The position numbers and the translations under genes were made by a program. 64,000 bases of DNA, from positions 40,878 to 104,877 of the IMG/VR virus record IMGVR_UViG_3300021963_000055; one strand, written 5' to 3'. Origin of the DNA: a virus. This document shows positions 41,006 to 48,237 of this stretch, one piece after another (positions within the stretch are counted from its first letter, which is position 1; every line of letters starts with the position of its first letter). Under the pieces are notes generated by a model. That model was not told the origin of the DNA, did no database searches, and saw nothing but the letters and a program-made list of their open reading frames with translations.

Positions 41006-41416
41006 ATGAAAACATACTCCGAATTCATTACAGAAGCTAAAAGAATTAAGATGACAAGATATTATCATGGGACATCATCATCTTCTGCAGATAGCATTCA
41101 TAAGTCAGGGTTTAAAGGCTCTGAAGTACATGCATCAACATCTGCTAGAACTGCAGATGCTTTTGGTAAGAGGTATGGTAAGGATACTAGAACTCTTTCA
41201 ATTCGTGTCCCTTCAAAATCAAAGCATGTAGAAAAAACAAAGGGTCAGCAAGGTATTGATGCTTGGGGAAGAAGACATCACTCTGCTATAATGAGTCCAG
41301 AGTATGCTTCTAAACACATTACAAAATCACCAACAATTCCTGCACCTAAGGTTCCAAAGAAGTATGCACATCTGAGTCCTTTTAAAAAACGAACTAAAAC
41401 TCAAATAAAAAAATAA
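41006..41416 (+). CDS. Putative internal head protein with an ADP-ribosyltransferase (KptA/Tpt1-like) NAD lobe
   Basis: N-terminus MKTYSEFITEA (T4 IP capsid-targeting type), then YHGTS...I.KSGF...VHAS...TADAFGKRYG. Confidence 0.65.
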   Translation: MKTYSEFITEAKRIKMTRYYHGTSSSSADSIHKSGFKGSEVHASTSARTADAFGKRYGKDTRTLSIRVPSKSKHVEKTKGQQGIDAWGRRHHSAIMSPEYASKHITKSPTIPAPKVPKKYAHLSPFKKRTKTQIKK

Positions 41417-41424
41417 ATTATTTT

Positions 41425-41459
41425 TTCCGAGGATCTAAACGGTTCTCGGAATTTTTTTT
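41425..41459 (+). terminator. Terminator after the 41006 gene
   Basis: TTCCGAG...CTCGGAA stem followed by T8. Confidence 0.75.
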
Positions 41460-41557
41460 GCTGAAAATTTTTTCCGAGATTATTTTGATGCCCTCGGTAA
41501 GGCAGAGGGCAATATATCTGAATTGCTCGGAATACGTTGTGCGGGTAGGGAGGGGCT

Positions 41558-41935
41558 TCATTTTTTTCCAAAGGTATTTCCTACCATCCATCGTTGGTTT
41601 TCCTTTCTATCTACCCATCTCAGATTTTCTATGGAGTTGTTTTGTTTGTTTCCATCAATATGGTCTACTTCTTTGAAATTTTGTGGGTTTTCTATAAGGG
41701 TCTCTGCTATGAGTCTATGTGAGTAATATTTGATTTGTTTTGTAGTCCTTCCGTTTGCATCCTTTAGAGAAATATTGATAGATTGATACCTATCAGATTC
41801 TTTGAGACCTCCTCGTGGATTTTGAGTCATTTTTCTAGCTTCTCCTCGTCTATGAGGATTTCTGTGCCACTCAGTCCATATAGAGCCATCTTCACAGACA
41901 TAGTATCCTTCAAATTTTGTTGGAAATTTTTTCAT
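41558..41935 (-). CDS. HNH homing-type endonuclease (NUMOD4/HNH_3-like)
   Basis: Motifs YYVCEDG, HRLIAET, VDHIDGNKQNNSIENLRWV..KEN. Confidence 0.9.
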   Translation of the reverse strand: MKKFPTKFEGYYVCEDGSIWTEWHRNPHRRGEARKMTQNPRGGLKESDRYQSINISLKDANGRTTKQIKYYSHRLIAETLIENPQNFKEVDHIDGNKQNNSIENLRWVDRKENQRWMVGNTFGKK

Positions 41936-42140
41936 GATATTTTGGAAATTTTTTTTTATTTAAATCACTATATCTAGGTCGATCTAGGAATGGTATAGCT
42001 TAGGGTAGTTAAGGCTTTTTGTACGGGTACGGGGGGCGGCGACCCATAAGGGCCGCTTATACTGCCCCTGCCCACTGATAAGCACTGCTGATGGATCAGA
42101 TCTGCTGATGGGTGGGGGAGGCTGGCTCCCCCTCTGCTTA

Positions 42141-42308
42141 TCAGTCCCAGAGCAGGTTGGCGATGGCTTCCAGTCGCTGCTGGCGGGTGGCCAGCTCGGC
42201 TTCGATGGCCTCGGCTTCCTGTTCGGTAGGGTTGCCCTCATCGAGCCATTCCATCAGCTGGAAGCTGCTCAGGTCGTCGAAAGCGGTGGCGATGGTTGCG
42301 TCGAGCAT
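42141..42308 (-). CDS. Small acidic early protein (55 aa, not in the ORF track)
   Basis: MLDATIATAFDDLSSFQLMEWLDEGNPTEQEAEAIEAELATRQQRLEAIANLLWD; GGAG RBS, own promoter, hairpin at 42114-42132. Confidence 0.7.
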   Translation of the reverse strand: MLDATIATAFDDLSSFQLMEWLDEGNPTEQEAEAIEAELATRQQRLEAIANLLWD

Positions 42309-42334
42309 GGTTGGCTCCGTTGGTTTGCTTGATC

Positions 42335-42389
42335 AGTCTACCATGGATGGGGCCAGCTTGTGGCCAGCCCCGTTACAAAGGTTTACACA
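42335..42389 (-). promoter_or_regulatory. Early promoter with HLR1-like (RpaB) direct repeat
   Basis: -10 TAGACT at 42340-42335; GTTACAAA-GG-TTTACACA at 42372-42389; no TTGACA. Confidence 0.65.
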
Positions 42390-42697
42390 GGGCTGGGGCG
42401 ATCCTGGCTCCAGCGAACTAGCCTGCGGTTGCTGGCCTTGCTGTAGACTCGGTTGCCAATGGTTCGGCCATCGGCCAGCGTGATCACGCTGCGGCCAGCG
42501 GCGTCAGCAGCAGCCTGCAGAGCCTGGCGTCCCAGCTTGCGCTCCTCCTTGAGAGCAGTCTCACTGGTGGCCAGATCAAACAGCCACTGTGCCCGATGGC
42601 GGCCAACGATGACGCCATGGCGGATGGTGACCTTGGCAACAGCAACAGCCACTGCGGTGGGGATGCTGGTGCGGGTGAGGCGGTCAGAGCGGGTCAT
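42383..42697 (-). CDS. Hypothetical basic early protein
   Basis: ORF preceded by a TATAAT promoter at 42746-42741. Confidence 0.6.
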   Translation of the reverse strand: MTRSDRLTRTSIPTAVAVAVAKVTIRHGVIVGRHRAQWLFDLATSETALKEERKLGRQALQAAADAAGRSVITLADGRTIGNRVYSKASNRRLVRWSQDRPSPV

Positions 42698-42740
42698 GGT
42701 CTCAGGTGGTTGTGGGGGCTTCTCTCGCCCCCGTGTTCAA

Positions 42741-42803
42741 ATTATAGGGCATGGGTGGGGGCTGTCGATGCCCCAGACCCGAACTGTTACAAACCGAAAT
42801 AAT
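42741..42803 (-). promoter_or_regulatory. Early promoter with a degenerate HLR1-like repeat
   Basis: TCGACA-N16-TATAAT; GTTACAAA-CC-GAAATAAT at 42786-42803. Confidence 0.55.
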
Positions 42804-43561
42804 TATACTTTAGCGGCCAGAATAGCCTGGCGTTCCTTCCTGTAACCGCTGAACTTACCAGCACGGCGGCGAGCATGGACAGCTTTGCCATAGGTTGAAC
42901 CTTTAGGCTGTGTTGAGTGTACCAACAGTGCAAACGGTTTGTCACCAAAACAGTGCGAGTCGTCGTGATCAACCTCTAGCCCAATCGCTTCAGCTTCTTC
43001 ATCGTTATGCACAACTTTACTGTAGCGAGTGAACACACCTGCGTCGATATAGTGGTCGAATTTGCCACCATAACTTGCCGTCATGAAGAAGTTAGAGGGC
43101 AACTCCAAACCTACAAACAGTGGCAGGTTTTTGCTGTAGCAGTAGAACTTGAGATCAGGGTTCAGCTTTGCCACTGTGATCCAGGCATCCAGATAGGCAC
43201 CCGAGAAGAAATCACCAGACTCGTGAATCCTGACGAGTTTGCTATTCTTCTTGCGAGCATTCTGCAGGCTGTTGTTGATCAGTTCGGCTGCAGTGTTGGT
43301 TTGGATCGCCTCAACAACCAGCTGCAGATTGCGAGCCCGAGCATAGAAAGGGCCATCGTATTGTGCTTCACTAGTTGCAGCAAAACACCTAAATTGTGTT
43401 TGAGGGCCATCCTGAACTTTACGCTTGCCGTCTTCATTAACAACAGCAAACGAGAGACAGAATAGAGCGCCAGGGCAGGTTTTGCCAGCTGGCAGGCTAA
43501 AGATCAGGGTGCCCTTACCGAGCTTGGCGTTACCGTGGCTGAAGGTCAGAAGGTCAGACAT
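42803..43561 (-). CDS. GP88-like Cys-rich protein
   Basis: Motifs GNAKL, FSLPAGKTCPGA..C, CFA, RIHESGDF, FYCYSK. Confidence 0.75.
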   Translation of the reverse strand: MSDLLTFSHGNAKLGKGTLIFSLPAGKTCPGALFCLSFAVVNEDGKRKVQDGPQTQFRCFAATSEAQYDGPFYARARNLQLVVEAIQTNTAAELINNSLQNARKKNSKLVRIHESGDFFSGAYLDAWITVAKLNPDLKFYCYSKNLPLFVGLELPSNFFMTASYGGKFDHYIDAGVFTRYSKVVHNDEEAEAIGLEVDHDDSHCFGDKPFALLVHSTQPKGSTYGKAVHARRRAGKFSGYRKERQAILAAKV

Positions 43562-43587
43562 TGGTGGTTTGGGTGTGAACTGAGGTT

Positions 43588-43642
43588 AGTCTACCAGATG
43601 GGAAGGGCCAGGCTGGCTGGCCCTGTTGCAAAGCTTAATGCT
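43588..43642 (-). promoter_or_regulatory. Early promoter with HLR1-like repeat
   Basis: -10 TAGACT at 43593-43588; GTTGCAAA-GC-TTAATGCT starts at 43625 (32-nt offset). Confidence 0.55.
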
Positions 43643-43880
43643 GTGTCACCCAGTGGTCCATGGTCATGATCCAACCCTCACCGTGCCACGTATGGAAGCG
43701 ATCGGTTTTGAACTGCTCCCACTGGGCTTTGGTGATCAGATGGCCCTCAACCCATACCAGGGTCTGATCCTGCTCCCGCTCAGCTTGCTTGGCCCCAGCC
43801 CGCACCCGAAACATTTCGGCTGCAATGGTTCCCTGGCTGGCGTCAGGGCCGATTCCTGGGAGGTGCTCGGTGTTCAGCAT
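43635..43880 (-). CDS. Hypothetical early protein
   Basis: Start re-placed at MLNTEHL, downstream of the promoter at 43904-43909. Confidence 0.6.
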   Translation of the reverse strand: MLNTEHLPGIGPDASQGTIAAEMFRVRAGAKQAEREQDQTLVWVEGHLITKAQWEQFKTDRFHTWHGEGWIMTMDHWVTQH

Positions 43881-43903
43881 TGGTCCTTTGCGACTGCTCA
43901 CGA

Positions 43904-43958
43904 ATCCTACACCATCGGGTGAGCCCTGAAGCCCACCCCTGTAACAGAATGAAATAAT
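43904..43958 (-). promoter_or_regulatory. Early promoter with HLR1-like repeat
   Basis: -10 TAGGAT at 43909-43904; GTAACAGA-AT-GAAATAAT starts at 43941 (32-nt offset). Confidence 0.55.
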
Positions 43959-44152
43959 TACATTTCCAGCTCCCAGTTCTGATCTTTGTGCATATCAACC
44001 CAGAAAATCTCTTCAGGGTCAGCTATACTTGCCAGCAACATTCTGCCATCCATGTGTCGTAGGATGGTGCAATGCTCGCAGCGTTTGAGTGCATTAGCGA
44101 ACCTGTTTTTGGCTTTCTTGCTGATAGGTTTGACTGAAATGATCTGTGCCAT
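43958..44152 (-). CDS. Conserved small cyanophage protein
   Basis: VKPISKKAKNRFAN...FWVD..KD.NW. Confidence 0.7.
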   Translation of the reverse strand: MAQIISVKPISKKAKNRFANALKRCEHCTILRHMDGRMLLASIADPEEIFWVDMHKDQNWELEM

Positions 44153-44276
44153 TAGAGTAGTTTCCTCTTGAGAGATTGTAACAGAGTGAAGAACACCAGA
44201 ACAAAAAGAAGCTCGAAAGTCACAGAATGAAACAATGAAGAACTGGAAGGGGGGAATTGATCCCCCCAGAATCCTA

Positions 44277-44540
44277 TCAGATCGCTTTCAGTTCTTCAGT
44301 CTTGCGAGCATCTGCGATAGTGGAACCGATGCTTACATTCTTCAGGATCTCATCATTGTTGAGCAGATCACTGAGGAATTGAATGTAACTATCTGATGCA
44401 ATAAAGTTGTAAACTTTATCAGGATTGCTGTGATAAGTTATAAAAACATCATTGCTATCTAGGGGCATAGTGATAGATTGAATGGCGCTAGATTGCTCTT
44501 TAGTGAATTGACGATGGATGGGGGAGATTGCAACGGTCAT
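44277..44540 (-). CDS. KTSC-like small protein
   Basis: SSAIQSI...VFITYHS...VYNF...SIGS pattern; followed by a G6/C6 hairpin at 44249-44267. Confidence 0.55.
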   Translation of the reverse strand: MTVAISPIHRQFTKEQSSAIQSITMPLDSNDVFITYHSNPDKVYNFIASDSYIQFLSDLLNNDEILKNVSIGSTIADARKTEELKAI

Positions 44541-44566
44541 GATGTTTGTTCAGGTGTACGTTTAAT

Positions 44567-44621
44567 AATTTACAGGTTGGGGGCTGAGGTGTCAACCCCC
44601 TGATTGATTAGTAATACTAAT
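44567..44621 (-). promoter_or_regulatory. Sigma70 promoter with LysR/RbcR-type box
   Basis: TTGACA-N17-TAAATT; ATTAG-TAATA-CTAAT at 44607-44621. Confidence 0.75.
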
Positions 44622-44752
44622 CAGAACTCAATTTCGTCTAGAGTTGGCTCTGTAATAGTATCATCAGAGCCTGCAATCATGTCGAGAATGGTGAGAATTT
44701 CATCACCAGTCTGACCTTTCCGAAGCATCGAAACAAGTACCTCTTTAGACAT
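44621..44752 (-). CDS. Small hypothetical protein (43 aa)
   Basis: MSKEVLVSMLRKGQTGDEILTILDMIAGSDDTITEPTLDEIEF. Confidence 0.6.
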   Translation of the reverse strand: MSKEVLVSMLRKGQTGDEILTILDMIAGSDDTITEPTLDEIEF

Positions 44753-44760
44753 AATAATTC

Positions 44761-44898
44761 TCAGTAATCGTAATTAGAGTTAATAAATTGATGAAAGTTT
44801 AGTTCGCTTTCATCATCATCAGCTGCAGGAATCAGCATATCATCCTGCCAATCGTAAATCTCAGCTTCAAGATCTACGAAATCAAACGTAGTTTCCAT
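44761..44898 (-). CDS. Very acidic small protein (45 aa)
   Basis: METTFDFVDLEAEIYDWQDDMLIPAADDDESELNFHQFINSNYDY; has its own promoter. Confidence 0.6.
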   Translation of the reverse strand: METTFDFVDLEAEIYDWQDDMLIPAADDDESELNFHQFINSNYDY

Positions 44899-44922
44899 TG
44901 GTTCAGTGAAGTGAACGATTCA

Positions 44923-44977
44923 AGTATGACCTGGATTGTCTGGGATGTCAACCCTTTGAGCCATAAGCATTGCTAAT
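44923..44977 (-). promoter_or_regulatory. Sigma70 promoter with LysR/RbcR-type box
   Basis: TTGACA-N17-CATACT; ATAAG-N5-CTAAT at 44963-44977. Confidence 0.72.
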
Positions 44978-45128
44978 CTGACTGATTAGCTTTGATAAAG
45001 TTTTCTAATGTGTCCAGTTCAGTTTCATTTAAGCCTAACACATATTCTTCAATGATTTGCTCCATTAGAACATATTCATTGCTGTAAAGTTGTTCTTTAA
45101 GAGCATCAATCATCTCATCTTGTTTCAT
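44973..45128 (-). CDS. Small acidic hypothetical protein
   Basis: Start re-placed at MKQDEM because a promoter lies inside the longer ORF call. Confidence 0.6.
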   Translation of the reverse strand: MKQDEMIDALKEQLYSNEYVLMEQIIEEYVLGLNETELDTLENFIKANQSD

Positions 45129-45158
45129 TGATTTGGAATGAAAGAACTGTACCACGTC

Positions 45159-45213
45159 AGAATAGTTGATTGTGTGCATGATGTCAAGTAGGTGAATGAT
45201 AAGGATTACTTAT
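45159..45213 (-). promoter_or_regulatory. Sigma70 promoter with LysR/RbcR-type box
   Basis: TTGACA-N17-TATTCT; ATAAG-N5-CTTAT at 45199-45213. Confidence 0.72.
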
Positions 45214-45376
45214 TAATAACTAATGCACCATATTTGTTTAATTTACCTGCACACGGTTTGTTATCATATAGCCCAAAGTAATACTTACCAATACTAATAC
45301 CAAATTGTTCGTCACCTTGCTTAGCCTTGGTGTTAGCACCAATGTAGAAGATTCGGGAGTCAAGTGAGAATTTCAT
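45206..45376 (-). CDS. Small hypothetical protein (56 aa)
   Basis: MKFSLDSRIFYIGANTKAKQGDEQFGISIGKYYFGLY...; has its own promoter. Confidence 0.55.
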   Translation of the reverse strand: MKFSLDSRIFYIGANTKAKQGDEQFGISIGKYYFGLYDNKPCAGKLNKYGALVINK

Positions 45377-45400
45377 GGTTGTTCATGTGTGAACATAGTC

Positions 45401-45454
45401 ACTATAGAGGTTTCTCAGAGGGTTGTCAAGGGTTCTTTGATTAGTGTATCTTAT
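45401..45454 (-). promoter_or_regulatory. Sigma70 promoter with LysR/RbcR-type box
   Basis: TTGACA-N17-TATAGT; ATTAG-N5-CTTAT at 45440-45454. Confidence 0.75.
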
Positions 45455-45509
45455 ATGGTTAATAATTTCTAAGTATACTTAATAATAAGTTCTGAACCCT
45501 GACATGGTT

Positions 45510-45563
45510 ATTCTAGCAGGTTTTGGGTGTGTTGTCAAGTGTATATTGATAATAATTTCTGAT
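45510..45563 (-). promoter_or_regulatory. Sigma70 promoter with a degenerate LysR box
   Basis: TTGACA-N17-TAGAAT; ATAAT-N5-CTGAT at 45549-45563. Confidence 0.68.
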
Positions 45564-45640
45564 CGGTGGCCTCCGAGTGATTTGGAATGCTTATATTAGT
45601 AATACTTATCGGTGGCCTCGGAGTGATTTGGAATCCTTAT
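45549..45640. repeat. Tandem 46-nt duplication with a near-identical 33-nt core
   Basis: ATCGGTGGCCTC(C/G)GAGTGATTTGGAAT(G/C)CTTAT at 45562-45594 and 45608-45640. Confidence 0.9.
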
Positions 45641-45661
45641 GAGTTTTTTGGGCCTGGGGGC

Positions 45662-45690
45662 TTGACAAAATGGCCGAGTGATGATATAAT
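45662..45690 (+). promoter_or_regulatory. Perfect-consensus sigma70 promoter on the non-coding strand
   Basis: TTGACA-N17-TATAAT. Confidence 0.8.
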
Positions 45691-45759
45691 GCTCGCCAAG
45701 ACTGCTGCACCCCCGCACATTTCAGATACTTTCTCTGACACACTCGGACACATACAGTA

Positions 45760-45875
45760 TATACTTAATAATTTCACACATATACCCTATACACTTAATA
45801 ATTTCTCTCTTTCAGTCTCTCTCTATACAACACAAACATATATTTTTTATTACATTTATTATATACTTAATAATT
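45760..45875. repeat. AT-rich TA(T/C)ACTTAATAAT repeats
   Basis: Copies start at 45760, 45790 and 45862, with another at 45474. Confidence 0.8.
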
Positions 45876-46443
45876 ACACAAAAAACGACTGATTGTTTAC
45901 ATATACCTGCGGACTATACATTACATAAACTAACTTTAGATTCTTTTGGAAGTCTGTTTCATAGTGAGATCTCTTATGACGATCAATCACTATATTAGTA
46001 TTCTTTACAAAGAATCCATCTTCTCTTATTGGTACATATTGTGCATCTACTTCCCAGATCATTACTCTCTGATGTGTAAGTAATACATGATAATATAAAT
46101 CAATTTTCTCTGTTGATAGATTCTGTTGTGTATTCTGGAATGTTAGCTGGAATCTATCTTTAATCTCACCATCTGTATTGGTGGTATCCTGGCGGAGTAC
46201 AACTTTTTTGATTTGTGCATTGAGCCAGATCTTAGGTTGTTTCTCTACAAGTAAATCTACACCTGTATCTACTTTTGGTTCTGCTACATTGATTTGATTC
46301 ATGGTAAGATAGCCCATGACGAAGCTTTGGCACGAGATACCTGAATAGTTTGGATCCGCCAGGATAACCTTCTCTTCTTGCAATAAAGGAGGCATTGTTG
46401 GTGGTATAAAGCTGGGTGCGATCAGATCAGTTACTTTATTCAT
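45874..46443 (-). CDS. PD-(D/E)XK-like nuclease
   Basis: PKVDTGVDLLVE...NAQIKK and IDLY pattern. Confidence 0.55.
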   Translation of the reverse strand: MNKVTDLIAPSFIPPTMPPLLQEEKVILADPNYSGISCQSFVMGYLTMNQINVAEPKVDTGVDLLVEKQPKIWLNAQIKKVVLRQDTTNTDGEIKDRFQLTFQNTQQNLSTEKIDLYYHVLLTHQRVMIWEVDAQYVPIREDGFFVKNTNIVIDRHKRSHYETDFQKNLKLVYVMYSPQVYVNNQSFFV

Positions 46444-46587
46444 TATAGTGCAAAAAAGTAGTGTTTTTTGGTTGTAAATACTTGGCTTTGAGGTGATTTA
46501 GAGATTGCTTCCTGGCTTTGATTTTGGCTTTTGATTGACCTTTGGTGGTCTTTGGTTTGTTAGAGTGATGTTGCCAGTTTGGTGTGT

Positions 46588-47040
46588 TCATGGTAGTTTG
46601 ATTTCTTGCTTTGGTTGAAAGAGATTTGTGGAATAACATTTCCACTGATTCTTGCGAGTGAACAGATACACATACTCTTCACCACCTAACTTACCAGAAA
46701 CAAACTTATGAAATGTAGTATGCTGAACTTCGATTTCCTCACCACGCTCTGTATAATAGAGTGGCTGCGGAATACGATCATTCTCATACATCAAATAGCC
46801 CGCATCATCACAAATATATTCACCTTTTTCATCACGAAGAGAAGAACCAGAATTCCAGGTTTCACGAGTGCGAAGGGAAGAAATAGCTCCACCATCAATC
46901 AGATTGACGACTTGATCTCTGATGGAGTAATGTTCCTTCAGAATCTTAGCATGGTGCTCAGGATAACCATCCCAATGGCAGTACACTGAAACAACAGAGC
47001 GATCCTTGAGTTGAATGCCGATGCGTGAGCGGGTAGCCAT
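46588..47040 (-). CDS. Conserved cyanophage early protein
   Basis: MATRSRIG...SVYCHWDGYP, EEYVYLF...W. Confidence 0.8.
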   Translation of the reverse strand: MATRSRIGIQLKDRSVVSVYCHWDGYPEHHAKILKEHYSIRDQVVNLIDGGAISSLRTRETWNSGSSLRDEKGEYICDDAGYLMYENDRIPQPLYYTERGEEIEVQHTTFHKFVSGKLGGEEYVYLFTRKNQWKCYSTNLFQPKQEIKLP

Positions 47041-47062
47041 TGGAGTGGTTTGAACTGTGTTC

Positions 47063-47120
47063 AGTATAGAGGTGGAATCAGCCCTGAGGACTGGGCTGTG
47101 TGCCAGCTTGAGAACTGGCC
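47063..47120 (-). promoter_or_regulatory. Early promoter with a GTGCCAG...CTGGCC dyad
   Basis: -10 TATACT at 47068-47063; dyad starts at 47100; GC hairpin in place of a -35. Confidence 0.6.
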
Positions 47121-47202
47121 TTGGATGTCTTGCTGTAGGTATGGAGTGAACCGAAGATCTTTACAGTCTTTGGCTTGGGATTGTTGTGATAAGGTTTGTT
47201 GC

Positions 47203-47469
47203 TCATAGTGATTGTACTTCTTCTAGAATGTTGTTAATGTCTTGTTCATCACGATGACCTAATACATCATCAGTGATTGGTGTATCATAGGTGATTTCCC
47301 AATTATCTTGGGTTCCTTTGAGAATGGCTACTTCATACAGATCATCTTCAAAACCATAACTACCAGGAAAACGAACTACAGATACACCATAACCATTAGG
47401 AAAGAAATGTGTAGCTTGTACACCATCTTGAATCTTGTGTTTTTCAAACTTTAGATCAGTGAAGTTCAT
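47203..47469 (-). CDS. Conserved phage hypothetical protein
   Basis: FPNGYGVSVV..GSYG...LYEVAIL...YDTPITDDVLGH. Confidence 0.75.
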   Translation of the reverse strand: MNFTDLKFEKHKIQDGVQATHFFPNGYGVSVVRFPGSYGFEDDLYEVAILKGTQDNWEITYDTPITDDVLGHRDEQDINNILEEVQSL

Positions 47470-47624
47470 TGACAATGATGATGAGTTGGGTTTTTGGTGC
47501 AAAATAGTTTGTGAACTGCTCTGTATTCAGTATCAATCAGTTTACCATTGTCACGAAGAATAGCAAGTGTATTCCATCCAACAATGATACCAATTCCACA
47601 GATGATAACTGGTAGGCACTTCAT
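47466..47624 (-). CDS. Small membrane-anchored protein (52 aa)
   Basis: MKCLPVIICGIGIIVGWNTLAIL...; ATGA overlaps on both sides. Confidence 0.6.
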   Translation of the reverse strand: MKCLPVIICGIGIIVGWNTLAILRDNGKLIDTEYRAVHKLFCTKNPTHHHCQ

Positions 47625-47806
47625 GCGTTGTATCCTTCCGCTTTCAAAATAGCACGACGAGCTTCATATGCTTGAAACTGAGTAGCAAATTCAGCAATCT
47701 TTTGAAATGAATGCCGACGATACAATCCCCATCGAGTTGTACCATAAATTTGGCAAATTTGATAAGGATTGTCGATACCGAGAGGATAGGGTTTCATGGT
47801 AGTCAC
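47621..47806 (-). CDS. Hypothetical protein
   Basis: ORF in a coupled gene chain. Confidence 0.6.
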   Translation of the reverse strand: MTTMKPYPLGIDNPYQICQIYGTTRWGLYRRHSFQKIAEFATQFQAYEARRAILKAEGYNA

Positions 47807-47964
47807 ACCGAAAGAGAAACTTCAATTTGTTTGATGTTAAGTCCACAAAGTTGTTCATGGACACGTTTGCAAATCAAATCTGTTGCAGACTTTGCTTTAG
47901 ACTTTTCATACCAGATGGTACAAAGACCATCATAGGTTTCAACACGAACTTTGTAGTTTTTCAT
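47803..47964 (-). CDS. Hypothetical protein (53 aa)
   Basis: MKNYKVRVETYDGLCTIWYEKSK...; fills the gap in the chain. Confidence 0.6.
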   Translation of the reverse strand: MKNYKVRVETYDGLCTIWYEKSKAKSATDLICKRVHEQLCGLNIKQIEVSLSV

Positions 47965-47966
47965 GT

Positions 47967-48236
47967 TCAGTCAGGAAGAATACAGAATGAAGCACAGAAC
48001 TGTCGAACCCATTCTAGTGTGGCACGGTAGCCTCTGGGATTCGACATCACCATACTAGCACCTTTTCGGGGATTGTGGGCGATGGCAACATACTTGTAAA
48101 CATCAGGGGATTCTTCAATCTCTTCAATCCACATCTGGTTCACGTCACCATCTTGCCAATCCCAGCGACTGGTGGTGTAATGGTACACTTCACGGAATCG
48201 TGGTTTGACTGGTGTGAGTGTGATGATGTCGTTCAT
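47967..48236 (-). CDS. Hypothetical protein
   Basis: ORF in a coupled gene chain. Confidence 0.65.
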   Translation of the reverse strand: MNDIITLTPVKPRFREVYHYTTSRWDWQDGDVNQMWIEEIEESPDVYKYVAIAHNPRKGASMVMSNPRGYRATLEWVRQFCASFCILPD

Positions 48237-48237
48237 T

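Noticed and set aside
41984-42845. Several overlapping ORFs in the GC-rich island (41984-, 42108+, 42112+, 42453+, 42596+)
   Set aside because: These are shadow ORFs expected at high GC. Promoters and RBS support 42141-42308 and 42383-42697 instead.
45549-45640. Possible mini-CRISPR (33-nt repeats)
   Set aside because: There are only two copies, the spacer is 13 nt, and there are no cas genes. It is a tandem 46-nt duplication.
45587-45892. + strand 101-aa ORF in the track
   Set aside because: It starts upstream of the + strand promoter and runs through repeats and low-complexity sequence.
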